Under the pieces are notes generated by a model. It searched no databases, was not told the DNA's origin, and saw nothing but the letters and a program-made list of their open reading frames with translations. The position numbers and the translations under genes are program-made. Below, in pieces: positions 10,502 to 19,743 of a stretch of 64,000 bases of DNA (positions within the stretch are counted from its first letter, which is position 1; every line of letters starts with the position of its first letter). Origin of the DNA: a bacterium (GTDB lineage: Bacteria > Babelota > Babeliae > Babelales > RVW-14); assembly GCA_043822925.1 (NCBI GenBank), contig JBDRBF010000002.1, positions 1 to 64,000 of the forward strand, given 5' to 3'.

Positions 10502-11242
10502 ATGAGTATGTACAAAATATTATTGATATCACTTTGTGTTTTTTTTGTTAGCGGGGAGTTACTTTTAGGTTCTTTATTTAAGGTGCGGCAGGAAAAAGTA
10601 CTTGTTTTTGCACCCCATCCTGATGACGATATTATTGGATGTGGGGGTAGTATTGCGAAACACCGTAAAAATGGGCATGAAGTTTCGGTTGTTTATATGA
10701 CGTCTGGTGATGCAGGGGACCCTTCGCAATTTTCAAAAAAAGAAGCAGCCCGTATCCGTGAGCAAGAGGCAATAAATGCTGAACAGATACTCGGTGTAAA
10801 AAAAATGTACTTTTTACGCAATCACGACGGGGCTCTTAAGTATGACCAAAAAAATTTAAATAAGCTTATTGATCTTATTCGCCAAGAACAACCAGATATC
10901 GTCTATGTGCCTCATTGTACAGAAGCTCACAAAGATCATGTGGTAACGTATAAGCTTGTTGTAGAGGCCGTAAGAATTGCAGCCCAAGAGGTTAAAAAGA
11001 AATATTCGGGAGTAAAAACGATTTTTTGTTATGAAGTTTGGACTCCGTTGCAAAAAGTTTCACATTCTGAAGATATATCTAAATTTATGACGTTAAAATT
11101 GCAGGCGCTGCGCCAGCATATTTCTCAGTTGGCGATTCGTAAATACGATGCTGGAGTTAAGGGGCTTAATCGGTATCGTGGAGTTATGAATGGGCGCGGG
11201 AAATATTGTGAGGCGTTTCATGTTATTCACAGGGGTAAATAA
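10502..11242 (+). CDS. PIG-L family deacetylase
   Basis: APHPDDDIIGCGG, REQEA, HKDH, QHISQ motifs. Confidence 0.9.
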   Translation: MSMYKILLISLCVFFVSGELLLGSLFKVRQEKVLVFAPHPDDDIIGCGGSIAKHRKNGHEVSVVYMTSGDAGDPSQFSKKEAARIREQEAINAEQILGVKKMYFLRNHDGALKYDQKNLNKLIDLIRQEQPDIVYVPHCTEAHKDHVVTYKLVVEAVRIAAQEVKKKYSGVKTIFCYEVWTPLQKVSHSEDISKFMTLKLQALRQHISQLAIRKYDAGVKGLNRYRGVMNGRGKYCEAFHVIHRGK

Positions 11243-11277
11243 GTTTTAGATAAAGCTGCGATAGCAGGTAAGACTGG

Positions 11278-11311
11278 CGTCCCCACAAAAGTTATAGCTC
11301 TTGTGGGGACG
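11278..11311. terminator. Bidirectional terminator
   Basis: cgtccccacaa/ttgtggggacg stem between convergent genes. Confidence 0.7.
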
Positions 11312-11336
11312 TTTGTGCTTTTTGAGTTTAATTAGA

Positions 11337-13490
11337 TTAATTATTCTCGATACTTACAGATCCAGATATAGTTTTTATAATAACTTGGTTGCCAAGAGCT
11401 AAGCATGCTCCAAGTTCAGGTAATTTACGCATAAGATCAAAATATTCAGGGCTAAATAATTTAATCTTAATTATTGGTGAGGCATCAGTATGTTTCGCAT
11501 CAATCCAAATAGTATCTTTTAAGTAAAATGTGCGTGCTCCAACGTTGCGAATTGTTTCTTGTGCGCCATATAAAGCGTTCGTTTCTTCGCTTATATCAGC
11601 AATAGAAGAACGGCTTAGTTGTTGGCTTTTGGCACGGGTAACAGAAGATTTTCCTGACATATCACATGAGGCATAGCTGAGCGATTGGCTTGCGCATTTA
11701 TACATCTCTTTGGTAAAAATGTCCCGGGTAAAGCTTTTTGCGTCCGAGTTAACTAAGAAAGATGTATATTCGGTGATTATGCCGTACATTCTGCTCAGGG
11801 TAACAATTTCATTAACAAGGTTTTGAGTTTCGCTTTCTAGGATAACTTGGTCAACCAGGTGCGCTATTTTTTTTCCTGCCCAAATGCGTGGTAAGAAGTC
11901 GTTATGTGTGTCTTGTGTTGCAAACTGTGGGGTAAATATAAACTGTTTTTTTGTATCGCTTTGGTTGCCCATAAGATTAAGTGTTACGGGGCCCCCGTTT
12001 GTATAGCGCCCGACGACAAGTAATTGAGACCCATAAAATAGGTCGGGTAAGATAATTGGGTAAATTTCTTTGACTTGTGTCCCTGTAACACTGAATGCTA
12101 GGTCTGTTAAGAATGGGTGAGCGACTTTTAAATAAAACTGTGAAACTTTTGCTTCAATGTTTTCCTGAGGTTCAATGTAATCAGATGTGCCTTTATTATC
12201 TAGTGAGATTTTATCAAGTAATGTCGTATTAACATCATAGCCGACGCCGAAAGCAAAAAGGCGTACGTTTGTTGCATTTGCTTTTTTAGTATTCTTAATA
12301 ATTTGTTTGATATTACATACACCTGCTGATGGCAATCCATCGGTCAAAAAGATAATCATGTTTGGATTTTTGCTATCTGGTAGTTGTTTTAATGCTTCAG
12401 TAAGGGCTGTGTTAATGTCTGTGCAGCCCCTATCTTGTATTGTATCTACAAATACGCGTGCATTTTTTATATTTTCAGGTGTTGCTTGTACTAACCCTGA
12501 TTTATACATATCAAGACGATCATCAAAGCTTATTATGTTAAAGTTGTCGTTTGTATTAAGCCGTTCAAGACAAAATACTAAAGCTTGTTTGGCTTGCTCA
12601 ATTTTTTTGCCGCACATGCTTCCTGATCTATCAACGACAAAAACAATATTTTTGGGCAATATTTTAGGTGTTTCTTTTTGGCTATTGATATTTGGCGACA
12701 TCATAGCCAGGAAGTAGCCATCGTCTTGGCCGTCTTTGTAGGTCAGAACGGTAAAGCCAATTTCGTCATTTGGCATGGTGTAATATAAAAGAAAATCGCG
12801 TTGTGGTCGCACGTTTTTTTCTTCGTATTTAACGTGAGCGTTAGTTTTGTCTGGTTGCGTAACGCTTATTCTGTGTGTTGGGCTATATATGTTTGTAATA
12901 GTTTGAGGTGCTTTGATATCGACGGTGACGGAGACGTCGTCTAGTTCTTTTGCTGAAAATTTTTCAGTTCCTAATGTGTAATGATATTTGACTGTTCCGT
13001 TTTGAGCTGTGAGTAATTCTGAGTACTGGATATTTACACGAATTTTCTGGTGTGCAGGGATAGAACTGATGTGGGCTGATATCATGCCGCGTTCAATAAA
13101 TTCTAGCAGCGCTGTGTCTTTGTGTTTGCGGGTCAGAGATTCATATTCAGCGCGTGCTGCATCTTTAGTTAAAATGTTTGTGTGTAATATTTTTTCGTTA
13201 ACATGTAACGCGAATTTATTGATGTTTGCTTGTTCTGGGACAGGAAATAGATACGTGCCTTCGATGGCAAAATCGTACGGATTTTCAAAAACTTGATCTA
13301 TTTTGGTTGTTGCAACTTGATGGTCTATTGAGACTGTTACGTGATGGTAAGCAACGTTAAGACGGGCCGGTTTTATGACTGGGTTAGGAGATAGATCGAT
13401 AATAATAAATCCGTCACCGAGTAATGCGAGCGGTGCAAATAATGTGACTATTGCAGAAAAGAATAGTGCTTTAAGTTTCTTAGTAACCAT
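11337..13490 (-). CDS. Secreted VIT + von Willebrand A domain protein
   Basis: QVFENP..EGTYLFPVP (VIT), VVDRSGSM MIDAS, FLTDG. Confidence 0.9.
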   Translation of the reverse strand: MVTKKLKALFFSAIVTLFAPLALLGDGFIIIDLSPNPVIKPARLNVAYHHVTVSIDHQVATTKIDQVFENPYDFAIEGTYLFPVPEQANINKFALHVNEKILHTNILTKDAARAEYESLTRKHKDTALLEFIERGMISAHISSIPAHQKIRVNIQYSELLTAQNGTVKYHYTLGTEKFSAKELDDVSVTVDIKAPQTITNIYSPTHRISVTQPDKTNAHVKYEEKNVRPQRDFLLYYTMPNDEIGFTVLTYKDGQDDGYFLAMMSPNINSQKETPKILPKNIVFVVDRSGSMCGKKIEQAKQALVFCLERLNTNDNFNIISFDDRLDMYKSGLVQATPENIKNARVFVDTIQDRGCTDINTALTEALKQLPDSKNPNMIIFLTDGLPSAGVCNIKQIIKNTKKANATNVRLFAFGVGYDVNTTLLDKISLDNKGTSDYIEPQENIEAKVSQFYLKVAHPFLTDLAFSVTGTQVKEIYPIILPDLFYGSQLLVVGRYTNGGPVTLNLMGNQSDTKKQFIFTPQFATQDTHNDFLPRIWAGKKIAHLVDQVILESETQNLVNEIVTLSRMYGIITEYTSFLVNSDAKSFTRDIFTKEMYKCASQSLSYASCDMSGKSSVTRAKSQQLSRSSIADISEETNALYGAQETIRNVGARTFYLKDTIWIDAKHTDASPIIKIKLFSPEYFDLMRKLPELGACLALGNQVIIKTISGSVSIENN

Positions 13491-13527
13491 GAAATTCCCC
13501 CTATGTACGTTAGAAAAATATACTGCT

Positions 13528-13588
13528 TGGGTCCTGAAACGAGTCCCAGGCTTTGCACAAGGCTACGCCGGGCACGGTCAGGATGACA
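13528..13588 (-). repeat. Nested palindromic repeat
   Basis: Reverse complement gtcatcctga[ccgtgcccggcgtagccttgtgcaaagcctggg]actcgtttcaggaccc, nearly identical to 35158-35216. Confidence 0.85.
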
Positions 13589-13715
13589 AGTACTCACTTT
13601 ACAAGTATGAGGCGTAGTTTTGCACGAGAAAAATAGGGTGTCAAATGGGGGTATTCTGTTTGAAAGAAGTGTGTTTTTATATGCGTTTGATTGTGCAATT
13701 TGCACAGGCGAAGAT

Positions 13716-13792
13716 TGGCGTCCCCAAGGGGATTCGAACCCCTGTTCCAGAATTGAGAATCCTGTGTCCTGACCAGGCTAGACGATGGGGAC
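13716..13792 (-). tRNA. tRNA-Glu(CTC)
   Basis: Cloverleaf GTCCCCATCG...TT-CTC-AA...GTTCGAATC...CCA. Confidence 0.95.
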
Positions 13793-13885
13793 GAAAAATA
13801 TCGAAGACGAGGATAAAAAAAATGCGTTTTGTACGTTGCTATCAAGAGCGAGTGTACAAAACGCTAATTTTTATATTGCGAAGAC

Positions 13886-13962
13886 TGGTGTCCCCAAGGG
13901 GATTTGAACCCCTGTTACAAGAGTGAAAATCTTGTGTCCTAACCAGGCTAGACGATGGGGAC
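13886..13962 (-). tRNA. tRNA-Glu(TTC)
   Basis: Cloverleaf, anticodon TTC, encoded CCA. Confidence 0.95.
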
Positions 13963-13971
13963 ATTTAAACA

Positions 13972-14047
13972 TGGTGAGCCGGACGGGATTCGAACCTGTG
14001 ACCCACAGCTTAAAAGGCTGTTGCTCTACCAACTGAGCTACCGGCCC
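13972..14047 (-). tRNA. tRNA-Lys(TTT)
   Basis: GGGCCGGTAGCTCAGTTGG...CT-TTT-AA...CCA. Confidence 0.95.
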
Positions 14048-14134
14048 ACGCTTAAATAATCTTTTTCAAAGAGAACGATAGAAATGTATAAGTTTACGCG
14101 TTTTTTGTCAAGAAAAGAGTCACAAAAATGCTAT

Positions 14135-15493
14135 TTAAAATATTCGGCTAAATATAAAGCAGTAAATAAGTATGCCTAAAATATCCATAAGTGTTGTTAA
14201 AAACGGTGCGGCTGAGTGTGCTGGATCGATATTAAAGTACTCAAGCATAAGGGGAATGATTGACCCAAGCATTATTGCTGTAATTACTATAAAAAATAAA
14301 GATAAGCTTACAGCGATTGCGCTTATGAGGTCCGCTGCCCAGTAAACTCTGCAAAAGCCGACAATAACTAAAAAAGAGGCCAGAATTAGTGAAATCCAGA
14401 ATTCTCTTAATAATAACTTAAGGGCATTTTGCCGGGTGATTTCGCCGGTGGTCAGGCCACGTATGACAAGTGTTGCTGATTGGTTGCCTGCGTTGCCGCC
14501 GGTGCCAACAAGCATGCTTAAGAAAAACGCGATCACGGGGAAATGGGTTAACATATCTTTATGATTTCCCAATATAAAGCTCGAGACACTTTGTAACAGT
14601 AATAACCCAATTAACCATTGGCCTCTTTGAAGTACGAATTTCCAGGTTGGCGTTGCGAAATAGCTATGTTCGACGGCAGATAAACCAAATCGTCTGTATG
14701 CGTCTTCGCTTTCTTCTTCTTTTATGATTTGTACTACGTCGTTGGCTGTAATAGCTCCTAAGAAGTGGTTATGTTTGTCGACTACAGGAACAGATGAGAG
14801 TTCGTAGTGGAGCATTTGGTTTGCGACATCTTCTTGGTCTTCATCGACGTATACATGTAATTCGTTTTTTTTTAGAATCTGGGAGAGTGGCGTTTCAGGT
14901 TTATTGAGTACGAGATTATCAAGTGTGATGTGCCCTACGAGAATATTGTCTTTATTCGTAACATAAATGCATTCTATAAGCTCTTGTTCTGGACTTAGTC
15001 TTTGAAGTAACGATATGCTTTGTTTCACCGTAAAGTCTTTTTGGAGGGTTATGATGCTACTGTTCATACGTCCACCAGCAGACTCAGGGTCAAAGTGTAA
15101 AAGTGATATTATCTGGTTACGTTGTTTTTTCTGTAATAATTTAAGATATGTTTTTAGGTCTTCGTCAGACAGGTGATCAAAAAGATCTGTTAGTTTGTCT
15201 GCATGCATGTGTTTAAGAATAGTTGTTGCGTGATCTATATCAAGAGCCGTAAGCAGTGTAGCTTGTAAAATTTCAGGGATTTTGTTGAAAACTTCAATAG
15301 AAAGTTCAAGTGGAAGTTTTTTGAGTAATTGTATCTGGTCGTCTTCTTTTAGGTTTTCAACAACAAGTGCTATATCTGCAGGGTGTTGCTCGATCAAAAT
15401 GTGCCACAAATCGCTCCCAAGGTGCGATTTGTTTTCTAGAACCTCTGTGATGTTGTTTTCGATCTGAAACAGGATTTTCTTTATTTCTAACAT
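14135..15493 (-). CDS. mgtE: Magnesium transporter MgtE
   Basis: N-domain, CBS pair, GGNAGNQS, IDPAHSAAPFLTTLMD. Confidence 0.95.
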   Translation of the reverse strand: MLEIKKILFQIENNITEVLENKSHLGSDLWHILIEQHPADIALVVENLKEDDQIQLLKKLPLELSIEVFNKIPEILQATLLTALDIDHATTILKHMHADKLTDLFDHLSDEDLKTYLKLLQKKQRNQIISLLHFDPESAGGRMNSSIITLQKDFTVKQSISLLQRLSPEQELIECIYVTNKDNILVGHITLDNLVLNKPETPLSQILKKNELHVYVDEDQEDVANQMLHYELSSVPVVDKHNHFLGAITANDVVQIIKEEESEDAYRRFGLSAVEHSYFATPTWKFVLQRGQWLIGLLLLQSVSSFILGNHKDMLTHFPVIAFFLSMLVGTGGNAGNQSATLVIRGLTTGEITRQNALKLLLREFWISLILASFLVIVGFCRVYWAADLISAIAVSLSLFFIVITAIMLGSIIPLMLEYFNIDPAHSAAPFLTTLMDILGILIYCFIFSRIF

Positions 15494-15661
15494 TTTGACA
15501 CCATGAAATTACTGAAACCCCAAGCCAATCTTTCTATTTGTCTTTATTTTACTAGAAAACGTATAAGAAAAGAAACAGTTTTTTGTATGTATTTGTACTT
15601 TTCTCATTATATATTATTTTTAGGTGGTATAATTCGTATACGAAAAATAAGTGTTTAATAA

Positions 15662-16675
15662 GTGTTTATAGAGAAAAAAGAGCTTATCATAGAGTTGGAG
15701 ATTATGACAGAAAAAGTGGTATCTATCACCTGCAGCGAGCCGAGCTTTAACCCTGAGCGGTTAGACAAGTATTTGCTTGGCCATTTCGCAACATATTCAC
15801 GGACCTATTTTCAGGGTCTTATTTCCAAAAATTTGGTGCTTGTTAATGGTAAAGTTATGTCAAAAAGTAGTTATCTTGTGCAATCTGGTGATCAAATTTC
15901 TTTTTCTTTTATAATGCCGGCACTTTATGACATAGCTCCTCAAGATGTAACTTTTCAGGTTATTGCTATCGAAAAAGATTTTTTAGTGATAAATAAACCC
16001 GCCGGGCTCGTTGTGCATGATGCTCCGAGTAATAAAGGGCAGCCGACGCTGGTCAGTGGCTTATTGCATCAGTTTCCTGAATTTCAAAAATTTGGAGATC
16101 AGGCTCAAAGACCGGGCATCGTACACCGTCTTGATAAAGATACATCAGGTATAATTCTTGTTGCGCGTAATTTTGAGGCGCAAATAGCGATAAGCAAGAT
16201 GTTTAAAGACCGAAAAATTCATAAGACATACTTGGCAGTCGTTAAAGGGCATCCTGAGGCTAAAGGCAAAATTGATACGTTTATTGGCAGGCATCCAGTT
16301 TTGCGTCATAAGATGGCTTGTGTAAATAACTCCCAAACACCTGAGAGTACTCGTAATCGTAGCATGGGAGTCTTAAGAGGGGCTCTTACGTTCTATGAGA
16401 CACTTAAGTACTATGAGCAAGATTCTCTTATAGCAGCCAGTCCCGTTACGGGGCGTACACATCAAATTAGAGCGCATTGTGCTTTTATTGGTCACGGGAT
16501 ATTGGGCGACAAGGTGTATGGGCACGTCAGTGGGCATATTTCTCGGCAAGCGTTACATGCGTGGAAAATATCTTTTGAGCTTAATGGTAAGCAGTATGCT
16601 TATCAGGCCGATGTTCCTGAAGATTTTTTATGTTTGCTTAAGGCTTTACATGCTCAGAATCTGCAGCCCAAGTAA
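15662..16675 (+). CDS. rluD: RluA/RluD family pseudouridine synthase
   Basis: S4 domain, GIVHRLDKDTSG, TGRTHQIR; true start probably ATG 15704. Confidence 0.9.
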   Translation: MFIEKKELIIELEIMTEKVVSITCSEPSFNPERLDKYLLGHFATYSRTYFQGLISKNLVLVNGKVMSKSSYLVQSGDQISFSFIMPALYDIAPQDVTFQVIAIEKDFLVINKPAGLVVHDAPSNKGQPTLVSGLLHQFPEFQKFGDQAQRPGIVHRLDKDTSGIILVARNFEAQIAISKMFKDRKIHKTYLAVVKGHPEAKGKIDTFIGRHPVLRHKMACVNNSQTPESTRNRSMGVLRGALTFYETLKYYEQDSLIAASPVTGRTHQIRAHCAFIGHGILGDKVYGHVSGHISRQALHAWKISFELNGKQYAYQADVPEDFLCLLKALHAQNLQPK

Positions 16676-16683
16676 AGAATAGT

Positions 16684-16711
16684 TTGACAAAGTCCCTGGT
16701 CATTCTATAAT
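16684..16711 (+). promoter_or_regulatory. Consensus sigma70 promoter of tRNA-fMet
   Basis: TTGACA-16 bp-TATAAT. Confidence 0.8.
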
Positions 16712-16753
16712 TAGCCTACGTTTAAAAACGGTCCTTTGAAATATTGATGTCGT

Positions 16754-16830
<77 letters not shown>

Positions 16831-16835
16831 AAATC

Positions 16836-17582
16836 TTAAAAAATCCCAACTATTAACTTAAGTTCTTCGAGTGTTACTAAGTACCCTGAGATATCGTCAT
16901 TTGCGACAATTTTATCTAATTCAAAAGCTGTTTCCAGCGAACAATTTCCAATTTTGGTACGTGTAAGTTCATAGGTTGTCGCGACAGTATTTGCTTTTTG
17001 AGCAATATCGTTTGCCAAAGACCGTATATATGTTCCTTTTGATACCGTTACTTTAAATATAAAAAATGGTAGCGTGAAATCGAGTAGTTCTATGTTAAGT
17101 ATTTGTACTTCTCGCTGTTTTGTTTTTGCAATTTCTTCTATTTGGCTGTGCTCAATAATTTTGTGTCGTGCGAGTTTATATAATGGCTCGCCTTGATGTT
17201 TAAGCGCTGAGTATACTGGTGGCGTTTGCATATAGCTTGAACCAAGATCTTTGATTGCTTGTTCTATCTCTTGGCGTGTGATTATTAAGTTATTTGTTTC
17301 TTGTACTATTTTGCCTGAATAATCGAGCGTTTCTGTTAGTTCACCAAGTTTTGCTTTTATAACATATTCTTTGTTAAGATTCATAAATAATGGGACTGAG
17401 CGAGTAGCCTCCCGTCCAGCACAAATTATAAGTAGTCCAGACGCTTCGTTGTCTAGCGTGCCGGTGTGTCCTATTTTTGTATTTTTGCTATATTTTTTTT
17501 TAATTCTTTTTACACAATCAAAAGAAGATACGGCAATTGGTTTGTTTATAATTAAAAAACCAGAAGATTGATTATTTTGCAT
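16836..17582 (-). CDS. truB: tRNA pseudouridine(55) synthase
   Basis: KIGHTGTLD, QTPPVYSALK, SKGTYIRSL. Confidence 0.95.
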   Translation of the reverse strand: MQNNQSSGFLIINKPIAVSSFDCVKRIKKKYSKNTKIGHTGTLDNEASGLLIICAGREATRSVPLFMNLNKEYVIKAKLGELTETLDYSGKIVQETNNLIITRQEIEQAIKDLGSSYMQTPPVYSALKHQGEPLYKLARHKIIEHSQIEEIAKTKQREVQILNIELLDFTLPFFIFKVTVSKGTYIRSLANDIAQKANTVATTYELTRTKIGNCSLETAFELDKIVANDDISGYLVTLEELKLIVGIF

Positions 17583-17705
17583 GACAATTTTTTCATAATT
17601 AAGTAGTGTAGAACGGCAGAATTTATTGTTTAATATATCATAAAAGAGCCTGAGTCACAATAATGGGGCAATGGGTTGAGTAGAGCGACATATTAGGGGT
17701 TTAAG

Positions 17706-18470
17706 ATGAATAGAAAGATGAAAAGAAACGTGATTTTGGGGTGTTTTGTTTCGTTTTTTTGTCTTGGGGGTTTTGTTACTACTTGTAATTTTGATAATAA
17801 AGATGGTGATATGTGGTCCTTTATTTCAAGATATCGAGAGAAATGGAAGCAAGTTGGGGCTGTTTGCCCAAGCTCTGACCAGTTGGCTGAAGCTATTACA
17901 TGTAAAATCCCAGATAAAGAGGCTTCTGCAAATAAAGATGCTTCTGTCAGCGAACCCGTGCACTATTTAGAGGTCGGGGCAGGAACCGGGTCTTTTACTG
18001 AGTATTTAGTTAAAAATAAACTTAAAAAAGGTGATATTCTTGATGCTATTGAAGTAGATCATGATTTTTGTGAGATCTTGCGTAAAAAATTTAAAAACTT
18101 TCCACAAGTACACATAATTGAGAAATCGATCACTGACTGGAATCCTGATTATACGTATAAATTTATTGTTTCTGGGTTGCCGTTTAATTCTTTACCTGCG
18201 AGCCTGGTTAAAGAAGTTTTGGCTAAGTACGCTCAATTAATAGAAAAGGGTGGGGTTATTTCTTATTTTGAATATATTGGGATTGCTTCGATACGAGAAA
18301 TATTTTTACGCATGATAAGTTTATTTAAAGATGAAAAAGAGACAAATGAGTATCAAAAATTTTTAGAAATACGAAAAATAGTCGATGAGTTTACTCAAAA
18401 AAATGTATTTGAAGAAACGTCTGTTTTCTTGAATGTGCCGCCGGCTCGCGTATTTTATTTAAAATTTTAA
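17706..18470 (+). CDS. SAM methyltransferase (PmtA-like phospholipid N-methyltransferase family)
   Basis: VGAVCPSS, LEVGAGTG, IVSGLPF, NVPPARV. Confidence 0.8.
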   Translation: MNRKMKRNVILGCFVSFFCLGGFVTTCNFDNKDGDMWSFISRYREKWKQVGAVCPSSDQLAEAITCKIPDKEASANKDASVSEPVHYLEVGAGTGSFTEYLVKNKLKKGDILDAIEVDHDFCEILRKKFKNFPQVHIIEKSITDWNPDYTYKFIVSGLPFNSLPASLVKEVLAKYAQLIEKGGVISYFEYIGIASIREIFLRMISLFKDEKETNEYQKFLEIRKIVDEFTQKNVFEETSVFLNVPPARVFYLKF

Positions 18471-19729
18471 GATAATTCTTCGTTATTCTTAAACACAAGT
18501 ACCTGAAAGACTCGACGCAAGCTTGCTTGCTGAACTTGAAAACAAAAGCCCTTATAAACAAGGCGTTCGCCTTTTTTTGGTAGATGCTGCAAGCGCTCGG
18601 CTAAAAAGCCAGATAATGTGACAGATGTTTCTGTATCGATTGCAATTTTAAGCAAATCTTCAAGATCTTCAAGATCCGCTCCACCATCAACCAGCCAGCC
18701 ACCATCTTCCAGGTGAACGATAGATGAACTGATTTTCTCGTGTTCGTCAGAAATATCCCCCACAATTTCTTCAAGTATATTCTCGAGCGTGATAAGCCCA
18801 ACCATGTTGCCGTATTCGTTTATTACAATAGCCATGTGTAAGCGTTTTTTTAAGAATTCGCTGAGCAGTTGGTTGATTTTTTGTGTTTCAGGTACAAATA
18901 AAATGGGCCGTACTATGCTTTTGAGTTGTTTTTTATCAGATTTATACAGGAGCTCAAAAACGTCTTTTTGATGAATAATTCCCATAATATTGTCTTCTTT
19001 GCCTTCGTATACAGGCAAGCGAGAGAATCTGGTTTTATTGAATATTTCAACTGCTTGATGGAGCGAAGAGCCCATTTTTATAGACGCGATTTCGTTTTTT
19101 GGAATCATAATTTCTCTGACAAGCGTTTGTCCAAGACTAAAAATATTTTGGAGCATCTCTGTTTTTTTAGACTCCATTAATCCCTTTTGGTCACTATAAT
19201 CGATTAAAAATTCGATTTCTTTTTCAGAGACATCATCTGCTTGTTTTTCGAGCATATGTTTTCTGCCGATTTTTGAAAAAAGAAAATCAGAAATTTTGAG
19301 TACGAGTGTTACCAGCGGGTATGAAACGCGGTAAATAATATTTATAAGCCATAAAAAAGATCTGAAAACTTTTTCATGATGAGCTTTGGCAAGTGTCTTT
19401 GGTATTATTTCTCCGAAGATTAAGATGATTCCTGTAGCCATAAAAATACCAATAGCAACACCAAGTGGCCCAAGAACTCTTTGCATCATATGTGATATAA
19501 GAACAGAAGTTACGACGTGTGCAAAGTTGTTTGCAATTAATATCGTAATTAAAATTCGTTGTGGGTTTTTTTCCCAACAGGCAAATAGACTATGATATTT
19601 TTCTACAGATATCTGTAATTCTTTTATTTTAAAAAGCCTGAGCGCTGTAAAAGCTGTTTCTAAAAAAGCAAAAAGAGCTGCAAAAAAGAGAGATATAATA
19701 AATAATAAAAACTCTGAAGAAATCTCCAT
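18467..19729 (-). CDS. CNNM/HlyC-CorC family transporter
   Basis: ETAF, FGEIIPK, CBS pair, CorC C-terminal domain. Confidence 0.9.
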   Translation of the reverse strand: MEISSEFLLFIISLFFAALFAFLETAFTALRLFKIKELQISVEKYHSLFACWEKNPQRILITILIANNFAHVVTSVLISHMMQRVLGPLGVAIGIFMATGIILIFGEIIPKTLAKAHHEKVFRSFLWLINIIYRVSYPLVTLVLKISDFLFSKIGRKHMLEKQADDVSEKEIEFLIDYSDQKGLMESKKTEMLQNIFSLGQTLVREIMIPKNEIASIKMGSSLHQAVEIFNKTRFSRLPVYEGKEDNIMGIIHQKDVFELLYKSDKKQLKSIVRPILFVPETQKINQLLSEFLKKRLHMAIVINEYGNMVGLITLENILEEIVGDISDEHEKISSSIVHLEDGGWLVDGGADLEDLEDLLKIAIDTETSVTLSGFLAERLQHLPKKGERLVYKGFCFQVQQASLRRVFQVLVFKNNEELS

Positions 19730-19743
19730 GAACTCTCCTTGAA

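Noticed and set aside
13594-13926. Short ORFs over the tRNA cluster
   Set aside because: They overlap tRNA-Glu genes and are spurious.
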